A stretch of DNA of 64,000 bases from a virus. Of the stretch, positions 27,837-37,298 are shown one piece after another. Location: IMG/VR virus record IMGVR_UViG_3300022744_000026, positions 1 to 64,000 of that record; one strand, given 5' to 3'. A model generated the notes under the pieces. That model made no database searches and had not been told where the DNA came from. It saw only the letters and a program-made list of their open reading frames with translations. Position numbers and translations under genes: made by a program. Each line of letters begins with the position of its first letter. Within the stretch, counting starts at the first letter, position 1.

Positions 27837-28202
27837 ATGCGCATCCTAGTCACCGGAGGGCGCTCCTACGCTGACCGCGATGCCGTCTGGTCAGCGCTTG
27901 ACCGTGTGCACGCCAAGCGCGGTCTGACCTGTGTCATCCATGGGGCAGCCACCGGCGCCGATGAGCACGCCAGGGCCTGGTGCATCGCTCGCCGCATTCC
28001 CATGGAGGTCTACCCGGCCAACTGGCGCCCCGTGGTTGGCGGTGGCATCGACCGTAGCGCTGGGCCGCGGCGCAACGCTGACATGCTGGAGCGTGGGCGC
28101 CCTGACGGCGTGGTGGCCTTCCCAGGCGGCACAGGCACTGCCGACATGGTGCGTCGAGCCGAAGCCGCAGGCATCAAGGTGTGGCGCCCAACCGCGGCGT
28201 GA
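27837..28202 (+). CDS. DUF2493/YspA-like SLOG protein
   Basis: ILVTGGRSY, IHGAATGAD, AGPRRNADM, FPGGTGTADMV. Confidence 0.88.
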   Translation: MRILVTGGRSYADRDAVWSALDRVHAKRGLTCVIHGAATGADEHARAWCIARRIPMEVYPANWRPVVGGGIDRSAGPRRNADMLERGRPDGVVAFPGGTGTADMVRRAEAAGIKVWRPTAA

Positions 28203-28217
28203 CGGCATCATGCCCCC

Positions 28218-29852
28218 ATGGCTAACCTGACCCCCACCCCCGGCTGGGACAACGTCCCGCAGCATGAAATCAGCACCGTAGCCATCGGCGGGCCTGGCGG
28301 CACGGCGAATGCGCAGGCGCAGGCGTTGCTGAATCGGCTGGAGGCGCTGCGGGGGACTGCGGCGGGTCAGGGTGGGGCGCTGGTGGGATTGCAGGATGCC
28401 CGGGGGTATTTTGCGACCGACAATGTTGAGGCGGCAACTCAGCTTCTCGGATCGCGCACATCTGCTATCGGCGTCAGCATCACTGATGCGGCGTACGGGG
28501 CTGTGTCTGGCGCCGACTGCACTGCGGCGATCATTGCTGCTGATGCCGCCGTGGCAGCCGCTGGCGGGGGTGTCGTGCTGATCCCGGCGGGGACCTGGAA
28601 GTACAACAGCACCATCTCAAGGTCGACCAATGTGACCTGGCGCGGGGTGTCGTCGCTGGCGTCAAAGCTGCAGTGCACGAATGGCACTGCGCAGATCATC
28701 AACTCTGGTGGGCGCGGTGGCCTAGAAGACCTGTATATCGAAGGCCCTTATCTGACGCAGGCGACTCGTATCGCTGCGGCCTCTACGTCCATCGGCGTGG
28801 TCGATGGTGGTGCAACGATTTGGGTGCGCAATGTCCGTATCAAGTATTTCAAGAAGGGATATTCCAAAACCATTGGTTATTGGTGCGAGTATCACAAACT
28901 GTGGCTGGAGGAAAACGGCACGGGTTTTAGTTGGGATAACACTGGCGCAGATTTTTGCAACCTGATTGCGTTCTACTCTTGCACGTTCCGGCAGAATGAC
29001 CGCAATGGTATTGCAAGCACAGCCGTCAATAACAACACCACCATCAATTACATTGGCTGTGACGTTGAGGCGAACTGCTCTGAAGACCCGGCCACATACC
29101 CGCAGATTGCGATTGGTTTCGCCCGCAATGTGAACTGGTTCGGAGGGTATGCAGAACCAGGAACGGTATCTCCAGCACCTGATTTTTGGGTGTTGTCAAA
29201 TACATCGATCTGGAACATTACAGGGCTATACCTCGGTGGCGCAAGGAAGGCATTTACATCCAGCAGCAACGGTACTGGGACTGGGCGCATCGCCAATGTT
29301 TATTTTGCTGGCGGCACTGCACTCATAACGTCGGCGGTCTACGATTTCCCGTCGTGCTTGAATATCACGGTTTATGACCGCAATACGCACACGGCGGCTA
29401 TCACGCTGGACGGCGCAGGCTCGCAGCGCATCGCCAGCGGTGATCAGTTGGCCACGCGCACGGCTCCGGCTAGCTTCACGCCAGTGCTGTCCGGCACCGG
29501 TACAGCCGGCACGTTTACTTATACGGTACAGGTCGCACGCAGTTCAAAAAACGGCAACATGCGCACGTATGCTGGACGGATCACTATTTCTGCCATTACA
29601 GTAGCGCCGACAGGTAATATTCAGATCAGCCTGCCGTCCACCTGCATTAATGCTACCAATATCAGATATACCGGCGTACTGGATTGCTCAGGTGTCACAC
29701 TGAGCGGTGCAAATACGTATTTCTACGGCCGGATTGATCCGAACACCTCACAGATGACCCTATTCCAGGGCGGCTCGTCGTCCACGGCGCTGCAGGCTGC
29801 AAACATTACAGCCACCTCGCAGATCATCTGGTCGATTACGTACGAGGAGTGA
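28218..29852 (+). CDS. Tail fibre/tailspike with pectate-lyase-like beta-helix
   Basis: Fibre N-terminus (ANL..W..VPQ.E...GG..G.AN.QAQAL); YGA...DCTAAI.AA...GGGVVLIPAGTW; lower GC body. Confidence 0.8.
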   Translation: MANLTPTPGWDNVPQHEISTVAIGGPGGTANAQAQALLNRLEALRGTAAGQGGALVGLQDARGYFATDNVEAATQLLGSRTSAIGVSITDAAYGAVSGADCTAAIIAADAAVAAAGGGVVLIPAGTWKYNSTISRSTNVTWRGVSSLASKLQCTNGTAQIINSGGRGGLEDLYIEGPYLTQATRIAAASTSIGVVDGGATIWVRNVRIKYFKKGYSKTIGYWCEYHKLWLEENGTGFSWDNTGADFCNLIAFYSCTFRQNDRNGIASTAVNNNTTINYIGCDVEANCSEDPATYPQIAIGFARNVNWFGGYAEPGTVSPAPDFWVLSNTSIWNITGLYLGGARKAFTSSSNGTGTGRIANVYFAGGTALITSAVYDFPSCLNITVYDRNTHTAAITLDGAGSQRIASGDQLATRTAPASFTPVLSGTGTAGTFTYTVQVARSSKNGNMRTYAGRITISAITVAPTGNIQISLPSTCINATNIRYTGVLDCSGVTLSGANTYFYGRIDPNTSQMTLFQGGSSSTALQAANITATSQIIWSITYEE

Positions 29853-29999
29853 TCATTGATGACGCACATACTCGACTGGCTCAAGCGATGGGCCGACCTC
29901 ACCATGGGGCGGCCGACTTCTTTCTGTCTCTCAGAGTGTGCGGCATGATCCCGTCGATCCGGCGCTAACCCACTCCCATCGTGACGCTACCCTCCCCCA

Positions 30000-31742
30000 A
30001 TGGACACCGCACGCCACGTCGCCTTCAACCCTGCCGCTCCTGACGACGAGCGGCAGGACGCCCTGAGCGAGCTGACGAAGGCGCACATGCCGTCAGCGGC
30101 GCCAAGCTCCAACATGCTGGAGCTGGTGCAGTACGTGCGCGAGCAGTACGAGGCCGACAGCATGGAGAAGGCCATGCATGCGCAGAACGTGGTGCCTTTC
30201 CCCAGCATGGCGGCGCGCGAGCACAAGCCCGGCCAGCAGTCTGTGTGGCTGGATGACGTGCAACTGAACATCCAGGGCAACTGGTACGAGCGGCCGACCG
30301 GGTTCAGCTTCGACGCCATGCGCGCCATGGTGCACGGCACGCCGTTGCTGAATGCGATCATCATGACGCGCCAGCGCCAGGTGGCGCGGTTCTGCCGTCA
30401 GAACGTGGTGGGCCGCGGGGAGGGCTTTCGCATCGCGCTGAAAGACCCCAAGGCCAACCCCGACAGCAGCCAGCAGGCAGCCATCGGTCTGATGCAGGAC
30501 TTCTTCCAGAATTGCGGCTGGGAGCGCAAGGCGCGTCAGCGCATGCGGCTGCGGCGCGACAGCTTTGCGGGATTCATGACGAAATCCCTGCGCGAGACCC
30601 TGACGCTCGACAGCATGCCGATCGAGACCGAATGGAAGCGCGACAAGCGCCTGGGACTCGACGGCATCTATGCCGTCGACGGCAGCACCATTCGCCTGTG
30701 CACAGAGCAGGGCTACGACGGCGACGACGAGATTTTCGCGCTGCAGGTGGTGCAGGGGCAGGTGCGCAGCGCGTACACCTACGACGACCTGATCTATGTG
30801 CCGCGAAACCTGCGCGCCGACGTCACTGCTGGCGGCTACGGGCTGAGCGAGACGGAGATCCTCATCAAGGTGGTGACGGGCTTCCTGAACGCCTTCACCT
30901 ACAACACGGGGTACTTCGACAACAACAAGATCCCCAAGGGGATGCTGCACCTGACCGGCAACTACAGCGAGCAGGACATCAACGCCTTCAAGAGGCAATG
31001 GAACGCCATGGTGAAGGGCGTGAACAACGCCTGGACGCTGCCGGTGATGGTGAGCAAGGATCAGGAGTCGAAGGCTGCCTTCGAGAACTTCGGCGCCGAG
31101 CAGAACGAAATCATGTTCGCCAAGTGGATGACCTTCCTGGCGAGCCTGGCGTGCGCAATCTACGCCATCGACCCGACCGAGATCAACTTCGAAGCGTTCA
31201 CTGCCGGCACGTCGAGCCTCAGCGGCAGCGACACCGAGGAGAAGATCGCCCACAGCACCGACAAGGGCCTGCGGCCGATCCTGAGCTACTACGAAAGCCT
31301 GTTCACCGACTACGTGGTGAGCGAGTGGGGCGACGAGTACGTCTTCCGCTGGACCGGCCTGGACGACGAGGCGCCCGAGCAGATTTTCGAGCGCCAGAAG
31401 CTGGTGATGACCGTCAACGAGATGCGCGCGCTCGACAACATGGAGTCGATCGATGACCCATGGGGCGACTCGCCGATCAACCCGTCACTGCAGTCGGCCT
31501 GGCAGATGAGCCAGCAGCAGGGGCAGGAGGACTACGGCCAGCCAGGGGCGCCGCAGCCTGGCGCCGAGCAGCAGGGCGACGAGGACGGCCAGGACTTCGG
31601 CCAACCGCAGGCCGGCGACTTCGGGCAGCCGAAGCCTGACCAGCCCGAGCAGGCCGCGCCTGCCGAGCAGCCGCAGGACGCCGACACCGTCGCCAAGGCA
31701 TTCGGCCTGCCGGCGCTGCCGATCTACGGGATCAACGAGTGA
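30000..31742 (+). CDS. Portal protein
   Basis: VDGSTIR, GYGLSETE, YFDNNKIPKGML, MTVNEMR; acidic Q/P-rich tail; follows terminase. Confidence 0.9.
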   Translation: MDTARHVAFNPAAPDDERQDALSELTKAHMPSAAPSSNMLELVQYVREQYEADSMEKAMHAQNVVPFPSMAAREHKPGQQSVWLDDVQLNIQGNWYERPTGFSFDAMRAMVHGTPLLNAIIMTRQRQVARFCRQNVVGRGEGFRIALKDPKANPDSSQQAAIGLMQDFFQNCGWERKARQRMRLRRDSFAGFMTKSLRETLTLDSMPIETEWKRDKRLGLDGIYAVDGSTIRLCTEQGYDGDDEIFALQVVQGQVRSAYTYDDLIYVPRNLRADVTAGGYGLSETEILIKVVTGFLNAFTYNTGYFDNNKIPKGMLHLTGNYSEQDINAFKRQWNAMVKGVNNAWTLPVMVSKDQESKAAFENFGAEQNEIMFAKWMTFLASLACAIYAIDPTEINFEAFTAGTSSLSGSDTEEKIAHSTDKGLRPILSYYESLFTDYVVSEWGDEYVFRWTGLDDEAPEQIFERQKLVMTVNEMRALDNMESIDDPWGDSPINPSLQSAWQMSQQQGQEDYGQPGAPQPGAEQQGDEDGQDFGQPQAGDFGQPKPDQPEQAAPAEQPQDADTVAKAFGLPALPIYGINE

Positions 31743-32467
31743 AGACCGCCGCGCAGCAGCAGGCCCAGCCGATCCCCGGCTGCGCGCCTGGCGACGAGGT
31801 GTGGCTCAAGCACCCGGACGGGCCCGTGACCGCGAAAGTCCTGGCGCACGGGCAGCACGGTCTGACCGTCGACGTCGGCGGCAAGCAGCACCGCGTGAAG
31901 TGGGACAAGGTGCACGGGCACAAGCGGCGCACGGCCATCAACATGCAGGTCGAGGACGAGGGCGAGGATGGAATGGTGGTGCGCGACCAGCTCGGCCGGC
32001 GGCATTTCGTGGCAGTGCCTCCCGAGGCACGCGAGGAGCGGATGGTGGTGAAATCACATGGTGGCGGCGCCAGGCTGCTGGTGTTCGCAAAGGCGCTGAA
32101 GCAGCCCGAGAACGAGCAAGGCGGCTGGACCGAGGCGGGCAAGGCGCCGGCAAGCAAGGGCCATCACGTGGCGTTCCAGCACGGCGAGCACGCCGGCCGC
32201 GGCGAGGTGCAGGCGGCGGGCCGGGATGGCGTGACCGTGAAGGACGGCGCTGGCGCCAGCCATCAGGTGCCGCACAAGGCTATCACGCACCGGTGGGAAG
32301 GCAAAGAGGCGCCGACCGCTGGCCCTGGTGAGCCGGCCAGCCCGTCAGACGAGCTGCGCGAGTTCCTGGCCGGGCTGCTGAAAGACGCGCCGGACGACGT
32401 GCAAAAGTGGATCGGCCAGTACGTGCAGAGCCAGTCGAGCGAAGAAAAAGCCGATCGGCCTGGTTGA
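31739..32467 (+). CDS. Head-associated protein with repeated SH3-like beta units
   Basis: Two similar G..V....V.A.G..G.TV....H.V units separated by VVKS...LLVFAKA. Confidence 0.6.
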   Translation: MKTAAQQQAQPIPGCAPGDEVWLKHPDGPVTAKVLAHGQHGLTVDVGGKQHRVKWDKVHGHKRRTAINMQVEDEGEDGMVVRDQLGRRHFVAVPPEAREERMVVKSHGGGARLLVFAKALKQPENEQGGWTEAGKAPASKGHHVAFQHGEHAGRGEVQAAGRDGVTVKDGAGASHQVPHKAITHRWEGKEAPTAGPGEPASPSDELREFLAGLLKDAPDDVQKWIGQYVQSQSSEEKADRPG

Positions 32468-32517
32468 AAGAGGTTAGAGTAGTGTCTCTGCTAAACCTCA
32501 ACTCACCAGCAACTCAC

Positions 32518-32694
32518 ATGGCAACCACTTTCACCATCGGCCAAAAGGTCACCTACAAGCTGCACACCGGCCGCACCGGTTCGGGCGTCATCGACAGCAT
32601 CAGCAACGGTGCGCGCGGCGCGTTCTACGCTGTCAAGCACGACGACGGTACGATCCTGAAGCTGCGTGCTGCGCAGATCACGTCGGCGGCCTGA
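32518..32694 (+). CDS. Small SH3/KOW-like protein
   Basis: FTIGQKVTY...G.I...YAVKHDDG. Confidence 0.55.
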   Translation: MATTFTIGQKVTYKLHTGRTGSGVIDSISNGARGAFYAVKHDDGTILKLRAAQITSAA

Positions 32695-32712
32695 GCAGGC
32701 AGCGAGCGAGCC

Positions 32713-32955
32713 ATGATCATTCGCACTTCGCGGCACAGGTTCAATCTGCCGGTTTCACTGTGGGTCAGCCTCGCAGTAGCAGTCGTGGTGTCTGTGCTGG
32801 CCTTCTGGCTACCCATCCATGGGCGCGGCGATGTGTGGTGCAGCATCTGCGGATGCATTGCATGGCTCTGGTGCTTCGCTGAGCGCGACAAGCGCGCGGC
32901 TACCGTCTACGAACCGATGATCCAGCGCATCGATACGTTTGACCACCGATGGTGA
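32713..32955 (+). CDS. Small two-TM membrane protein
   Basis: Hydrophobic segments. Confidence 0.5.
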   Translation: MIIRTSRHRFNLPVSLWVSLAVAVVVSVLAFWLPIHGRGDVWCSICGCIAWLWCFAERDKRAATVYEPMIQRIDTFDHRW

Positions 32956-32959
32956 GCAA

Positions 32960-33990
32960 AGCGCCCGGCACCCGCCGGGCCATCAAGTCAGCCGGCGTAT
33001 GCCCGTTGACTTGATGGCCCCACATCCAAGGCTTGGCCCCTTGGAGTTCCCAGCGATGGGGAGATACACGAGACACGCTGCCTTATGCGAGTGTGGGGCC
33101 GTCAGCTATCACAGATGCGCCAGCCGGAAAGCCCGGCAACTGCGCGACAAACAGTCCCAAGCCTGGGGCATCTGTGATGGTTGCACGCAGAAATGCGCAC
33201 ATAGACCGACGAGGGAAGGCGTCTGCTGGACGACGCCGGAAGACGATACGCGGATCATCACCGCCCCTGCGACTCGGGTCTCAGTCTTCACCGACCATCA
33301 CCAAATTCCGGACCGCGGCCCACAGCGCGATGGGAATCAAAACAGGCTTTCTGTGGGCGAGCTGAGGCGCGCGAGATAAGCGCCACCGTGAGGCGGACCG
33401 TTAAGTCGTCAACACCTGGGGCAGCCCGGGGCGCGCAGGGGTAGTGCCTGACAAACCACCCGGGGGAAGGGCCCGGGGCCACCGGATTGCGAGCAGCACT
33501 GGCGACTGCAGCAGACTGTAAATCTGTAGCCCCTAGGGGCAACGGGGTTCGACTCCCTGGCAATCCACCACTGACCATCATCACAGCGGGTGAGCGCCTG
33601 CTGCGATGATGGCCGGCGCAGTCTTGGCCTCTGCGCATCGAGCCGCACACCCCGTGCGCGCCCGCGGTAAGCACCCTGCCTCATGGGATCGGTCGTCAAC
33701 AGCCGTTGTAACGGATGCCGCTGGGCCTACGGCCGGAGTGCATCGCCGCAGTCTACGTAAGCGGCACAATCAACAAGCGGTGGGTAATCGGCCTAGAGTC
33801 GTCATCATCCCCCACTGGCCGGGAAACCGGCTGACGCGAATAGCCGATCTGCGGCGGTCTCGCGCCACAAGGTCGCCGCAGACTTCAGCGCCACCCCCGG
33901 GTGGCGTTGTCGTTTGTAACGTGCATCCTCCTCAGCGCCCCGTGGCGCCGTTGCCTACCCCCGCGCCTAGGCGGGTCACAAGCCCGGCCT
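32960..33990 (+). ncRNA. Candidate large structured ncRNA(s) flanking the tRNA
   Basis: Consecutive 10-21 bp stems with G-U pairs and GNRA loops; no convincing ORF. Confidence 0.6.
33484..33570 (+). tRNA. tRNA-Tyr(GTA), class II, encoded CCA
   Basis: GGATTGC/GCAATCC acceptor stem plus ACCA; GCAGA-CTGTAAA-TCTGT anticodon arm; long variable arm; TTCGACT T-loop. Confidence 0.92.
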
Positions 33991-34038
33991 GATAAATTAA
34001 ATTTGCGTCATCAACTACCGCGCTTCGGCGCTAATGTC

Positions 34039-34644
34039 ATGACGCAGATCAAACACCTCCTGGCCGCCGCCCTGTGCGGCATTTCGTTCGCTGCCGCCGC
34101 TGGCGGCTCTGGCGAGTACCGCACCAGCGGCACGGCCTCGGGCAGCACCAGCGGCACGGCAACCGCCGTCGCGCGCACCGCGCCGGGCCAGATGGGCAGC
34201 TCGTACAGCTTCGCCAGCGGCGAGGGCCGCGCCACATACAGCGCCACCCCTGGCGCCGGCTCGTTCGACGTGTCGAGCAGCGGCATCGCGTGGAACCAGT
34301 CGACCGGCGGCGCCACTGGGCAAGCCACATCGCTCGGCGACTCCCGCGCCACCATTGCCAGCGGCACGCGCGCAGTCGGCGGGAGCGGTGTAGGGCAAGC
34401 CGGCTACAGCATCGCTGCCGGCGACAACCAGGGCATTACCGCCAGCGGGCAGGCCACGGGCAACTACACAGCCAGTGCGGTGCCTGGGTCTGCGCGGGTG
34501 ACCTACACGGCTGACGCCCTGGCGGGCAAGGGCGGTGTAACCGTCGACGGCACGCCCCTGGCGGCCGGCACCGGCACGTCCATGGCCTCGGCTGTGGCAA
34601 ACGCCGTCGCTGGCGTGGCCGTTCGTACCCACGGCGAGGACTGA
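34039..34644 (+). CDS. Exported Gly/Ala/Ser-rich protein
   Basis: Signal peptide MTQIKHLLAAALCGISFAAAA. Confidence 0.7.
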   Translation: MTQIKHLLAAALCGISFAAAAGGSGEYRTSGTASGSTSGTATAVARTAPGQMGSSYSFASGEGRATYSATPGAGSFDVSSSGIAWNQSTGGATGQATSLGDSRATIASGTRAVGGSGVGQAGYSIAAGDNQGITASGQATGNYTASAVPGSARVTYTADALAGKGGVTVDGTPLAAGTGTSMASAVANAVAGVAVRTHGED

Positions 34645-34647
34645 TCC

Positions 34648-35550
34648 ATGAAGCGCATCCTTGCAGTGATCTGCCTGGGTGTCGCTTCGGCGGCATCCTG
34701 GGCGCAGTCCAGCGCGACGCAGCAAGCGGACGCGGCGGCGAGCAATGCCGGCGTGAGCACCGGCGTGCAGTCGCAGTCGAGCGCGCAGACGTGGGTGTTC
34801 CCGGCACCGGTGGCCCCGGGCATGGTTGTGGCGGCCAAGTGCACGAATGCCGGCGTCAAGTCGGCCGCGCTGCTGTTCAACTTGGTTTCGTGGTCCGTGC
34901 CTGACCGCGAGGTGTCGCTCGGCTGTCAGGCTGCGGCTGACATCGACATGCTGGTGCGGCTGTGCCAGTTCGGCGCCGCGGCGCGCGTGCAAGCGCATTA
35001 CCTGCGCGCGGCATACGGCATCGAGGTGGCGCCACACCCAGGCGCGGTCGACCTGGGGCCGGACGAGTGCTTCAAGCCGAAGGCGGCGCCAGCGCCTGTG
35101 CCCATCGAGGCGCTGCCGCCGACGTCGGCCGGGCCGGCGCCCGTGGCGCAGCCGGTGGTGGAGGTGCACCCGTTGCCGCCGGCACCGGCGCCTGCGCCGC
35201 CAGCGCCACCCGCCGCGGCGCAGCGCCAGCCGTTCGAAGTGACCGTCCTGTTCCCGTTCGACAAGTCAACTCTCGACGCGAACGCCCGCACAGCCCTGGA
35301 CGTCGCTGCCAGGTACGTGCAAGCCACGCCAGCCGCCAAGCTGGTGCTGACCATCGGACACGCCGACCGCAAGGGCGCCGCCGCCTACAACGTCGACCTG
35401 TCGCGGCGTCGCGCCGAGTCCGTGAGCGCATTCCTCTTGGCGGCCGGCGTGCGCCCCGAGATGATGCGCATCGAGTACCGAGGCAGCACCGAGCCCGTGT
35501 CACCGCAGGATGAGCGAAACCGACGCGCCACCTTGCAGGTGATTGAGTAA
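34648..35550 (+). CDS. OmpA C-terminal (peptidoglycan-binding) domain protein
   Basis: Signal peptide, Pro linker, FPFDKSTL, GHADRKG..YN..LSRRRAESV, NRRA. Confidence 0.9.
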   Translation: MKRILAVICLGVASAASWAQSSATQQADAAASNAGVSTGVQSQSSAQTWVFPAPVAPGMVVAAKCTNAGVKSAALLFNLVSWSVPDREVSLGCQAAADIDMLVRLCQFGAAARVQAHYLRAAYGIEVAPHPGAVDLGPDECFKPKAAPAPVPIEALPPTSAGPAPVAQPVVEVHPLPPAPAPAPPAPPAAAQRQPFEVTVLFPFDKSTLDANARTALDVAARYVQATPAAKLVLTIGHADRKGAAAYNVDLSRRRAESVSAFLLAAGVRPEMMRIEYRGSTEPVSPQDERNRRATLQVIE

Positions 35551-35610
35551 AACTATCAGCAAAAATGAGTAAGAGCAACTAGAATGGGCGCTCTTTTACT
35601 GGGGGATGTG

Positions 35611-36312
35611 ATGAGTGATGTGACTTACTCGCAGTGGCTCGAAATGGGCTACACGAAGGTTTTGCTGGAGCAGATCAAGGGTATGGCAGGCGACTGCCCT
35701 GACCCTGGTGCCTGCGAGGCTGGCATGATCTGCCAGGCGGCTGCGGAGAGGTTGACGTCGGCGCAGCATGCCGACCATCTGCCGCCCGGCCACCCCGATC
35801 GCGCCAAGGCATTCTTCGCCAGCCGGCCGATGCCGACCACTGCTCCGGTGGCGCCTCTGGCGGACACCATCCGCGCGATCGCAGAGAACGTCGATGTCAC
35901 CGGCGCAGATGGGTATGGCAGTCTATGGCAAGCGCAGCCTGGCGACCCCGACGATCAGTGCACCACCCGTGAAGATGGCAAGCGCATGTACTTCGCGCCG
36001 ACAACGGATTGGATCCCGACGTCGCATTCATCGGCTATTGATGCGACCGGCGCTCCCGACACCCAGTGCACCACCCACGGGGACGGCGAGTGCGACGCGC
36101 AGGGGTCTTGCATGCATGCCCCGCCCGCCGCATCGCGGGTGCCGCTGACGCCGGCACAGCAACATGCGGATGAACTGCGCAGCCTGCTGTCCGGCTGGGT
36201 CGACAGCTTTGCCGACTGCATCGAAGGCGGCGAGTCCGACGAGATGGTGGTGGCGACCCGCGCCGCGCTCGCAAAGACTGAGGCCTCCAGCCAGGAAGGC
36301 GGTGCAGCATGA
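35611..36312 (+). CDS. Mosaic hypothetical protein
   Basis: Internal repeat DDQCTTREDG/DTQCTTHGDG. Confidence 0.55.
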   Translation: MSDVTYSQWLEMGYTKVLLEQIKGMAGDCPDPGACEAGMICQAAAERLTSAQHADHLPPGHPDRAKAFFASRPMPTTAPVAPLADTIRAIAENVDVTGADGYGSLWQAQPGDPDDQCTTREDGKRMYFAPTTDWIPTSHSSAIDATGAPDTQCTTHGDGECDAQGSCMHAPPAASRVPLTPAQQHADELRSLLSGWVDSFADCIEGGESDEMVVATRAALAKTEASSQEGGAA

Positions 36313-36602
36313 CCCACCGCGTCTACAAATACCAGCTACCCGGGCTGAGCGACTGGATCACCATGTGGATGCCCGCTGGCGCCGAGCCGCTGTGCGTTCA
36401 GGTGCAGAACGACCAGCCATGCATGTGGGCGCGGGTGGATATCAGCCAGCCACCCACAGTGTACCACTTCCGCGTCGCTGGCACGGGACACGACCTGGGG
36501 AGCAACGTTGGCAGGCACATCGGCAGTTTTCAGATGCACGGCGGCGCGCTGGTGTTCCACGTTTTTGCGGATGGGGTTGAGCAGAAAGGCGGTGCAGCAT
36601 GA
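36309..36602 (+). CDS. Conserved phage protein
   Basis: VYKY.L...MPAGA..L.VQ.Q...WA.VD...GTGH...IGSFQ...LVFHVF. Confidence 0.75.
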   Translation: MTHRVYKYQLPGLSDWITMWMPAGAEPLCVQVQNDQPCMWARVDISQPPTVYHFRVAGTGHDLGSNVGRHIGSFQMHGGALVFHVFADGVEQKGGAA

Positions 36603-36823
36603 GCACGGACAAGCCGCTGGCGTTGGCGCTGGCCGATAGCGCGCACCTTGGGTATCGCGTGGGGTGGCAAAAGCAGGCTCAGTCCGAACTGCGCCGTCTG
36701 CATGCGCGAGTGCAGGAGTTGGAGGCCGCCACAGATCCGGGTAAACGGTGCCCATGCGGCTACCCAATGCCGTGCGCCATAAATGTCCCCATCGGGTTCT
36801 GCAGGAATGGCGGTGCAGCATGA
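36599..36823 (+). CDS. Hypothetical protein (P.ALxLAD...ELxRLH family)
   Basis: N-terminus paralogous to the next gene. Confidence 0.6.
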   Translation: MSTDKPLALALADSAHLGYRVGWQKQAQSELRRLHARVQELEAATDPGKRCPCGYPMPCAINVPIGFCRNGGAA

Positions 36824-37095
36824 GCGCCGACAAGCAACCCAAGGCGCTACGGCTGGCTGATGCGCTCAAAAGCCGGACGCGCTGGCATGACTTGACCGAC
36901 GACCAGTGCGATGCGGCAGCCGCAGAGCTGCAACGCCTGCACGAGCTGAATGCGCAGTTGCTGGCGGCGCTGCGCGGCTGCATCAGCGAGGCTGAACATG
37001 TCGGCGCTGACGGCTGGATGACTGGCGGAATGCACTCTGACGAGTATCGCGCGGCAGTCGCAGCCATCGCAGCCGCAACGCAGGCCACCCTATGA
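36820..37095 (+). CDS. Hypothetical protein (P.ALxLAD...ELxRLH family)
   Basis: QPKALRLADAL...AAAELQRLH. Confidence 0.6.
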   Translation: MSADKQPKALRLADALKSRTRWHDLTDDQCDAAAAELQRLHELNAQLLAALRGCISEAEHVGADGWMTGGMHSDEYRAAVAAIAAATQATL

Positions 37096-37283
37096 CCACC
37101 GACACCTTCCTCCACCAAGCCGAGTCCTTCCTCACCCGCCACGGCCGCCGCGCCTGGTGGCAGGTGATGGGTGACCACGGTGTCGATACGCTAGCTGGTG
37201 CGATCGAGAAGCGGGACAGGATCGCGGAGACGATGCGCGATATCGACGCCATCACCAGCGGGCTTCCCGGCCCCGAGGCGTGA
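37092..37283 (+). CDS. Hypothetical protein
   Basis: ATGA-coupled 63-aa ORF. Confidence 0.5.
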   Translation: MTTDTFLHQAESFLTRHGRRAWWQVMGDHGVDTLAGAIEKRDRIAETMRDIDAITSGLPGPEA

Positions 37284-37298
37284 CCCCACACTCCCCGC

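Larger units (their letters stand above)
36298..36823 (+). repeat. Three copies of GGCGGTGCAGCATGA at consecutive gene junctions (36298, 36588, 36809)
   Basis: Exact 15-mers read directly. Confidence 0.9.

Noticed and set aside
29859-29970. Short ORF after the tailspike
   Set aside because: About 30 codons with no recognisable features
33484-33570. tRNA as an attachment site or prophage boundary
   Set aside because: Phage genes continue on both sides; no integrase or duplicated 3' end seen
32939-33992. ORFs 32939-33379, 33288-33674 and 33606-33992
   Set aside because: No motifs, atypical composition, one overlaps the tRNA; better explained as structured RNA
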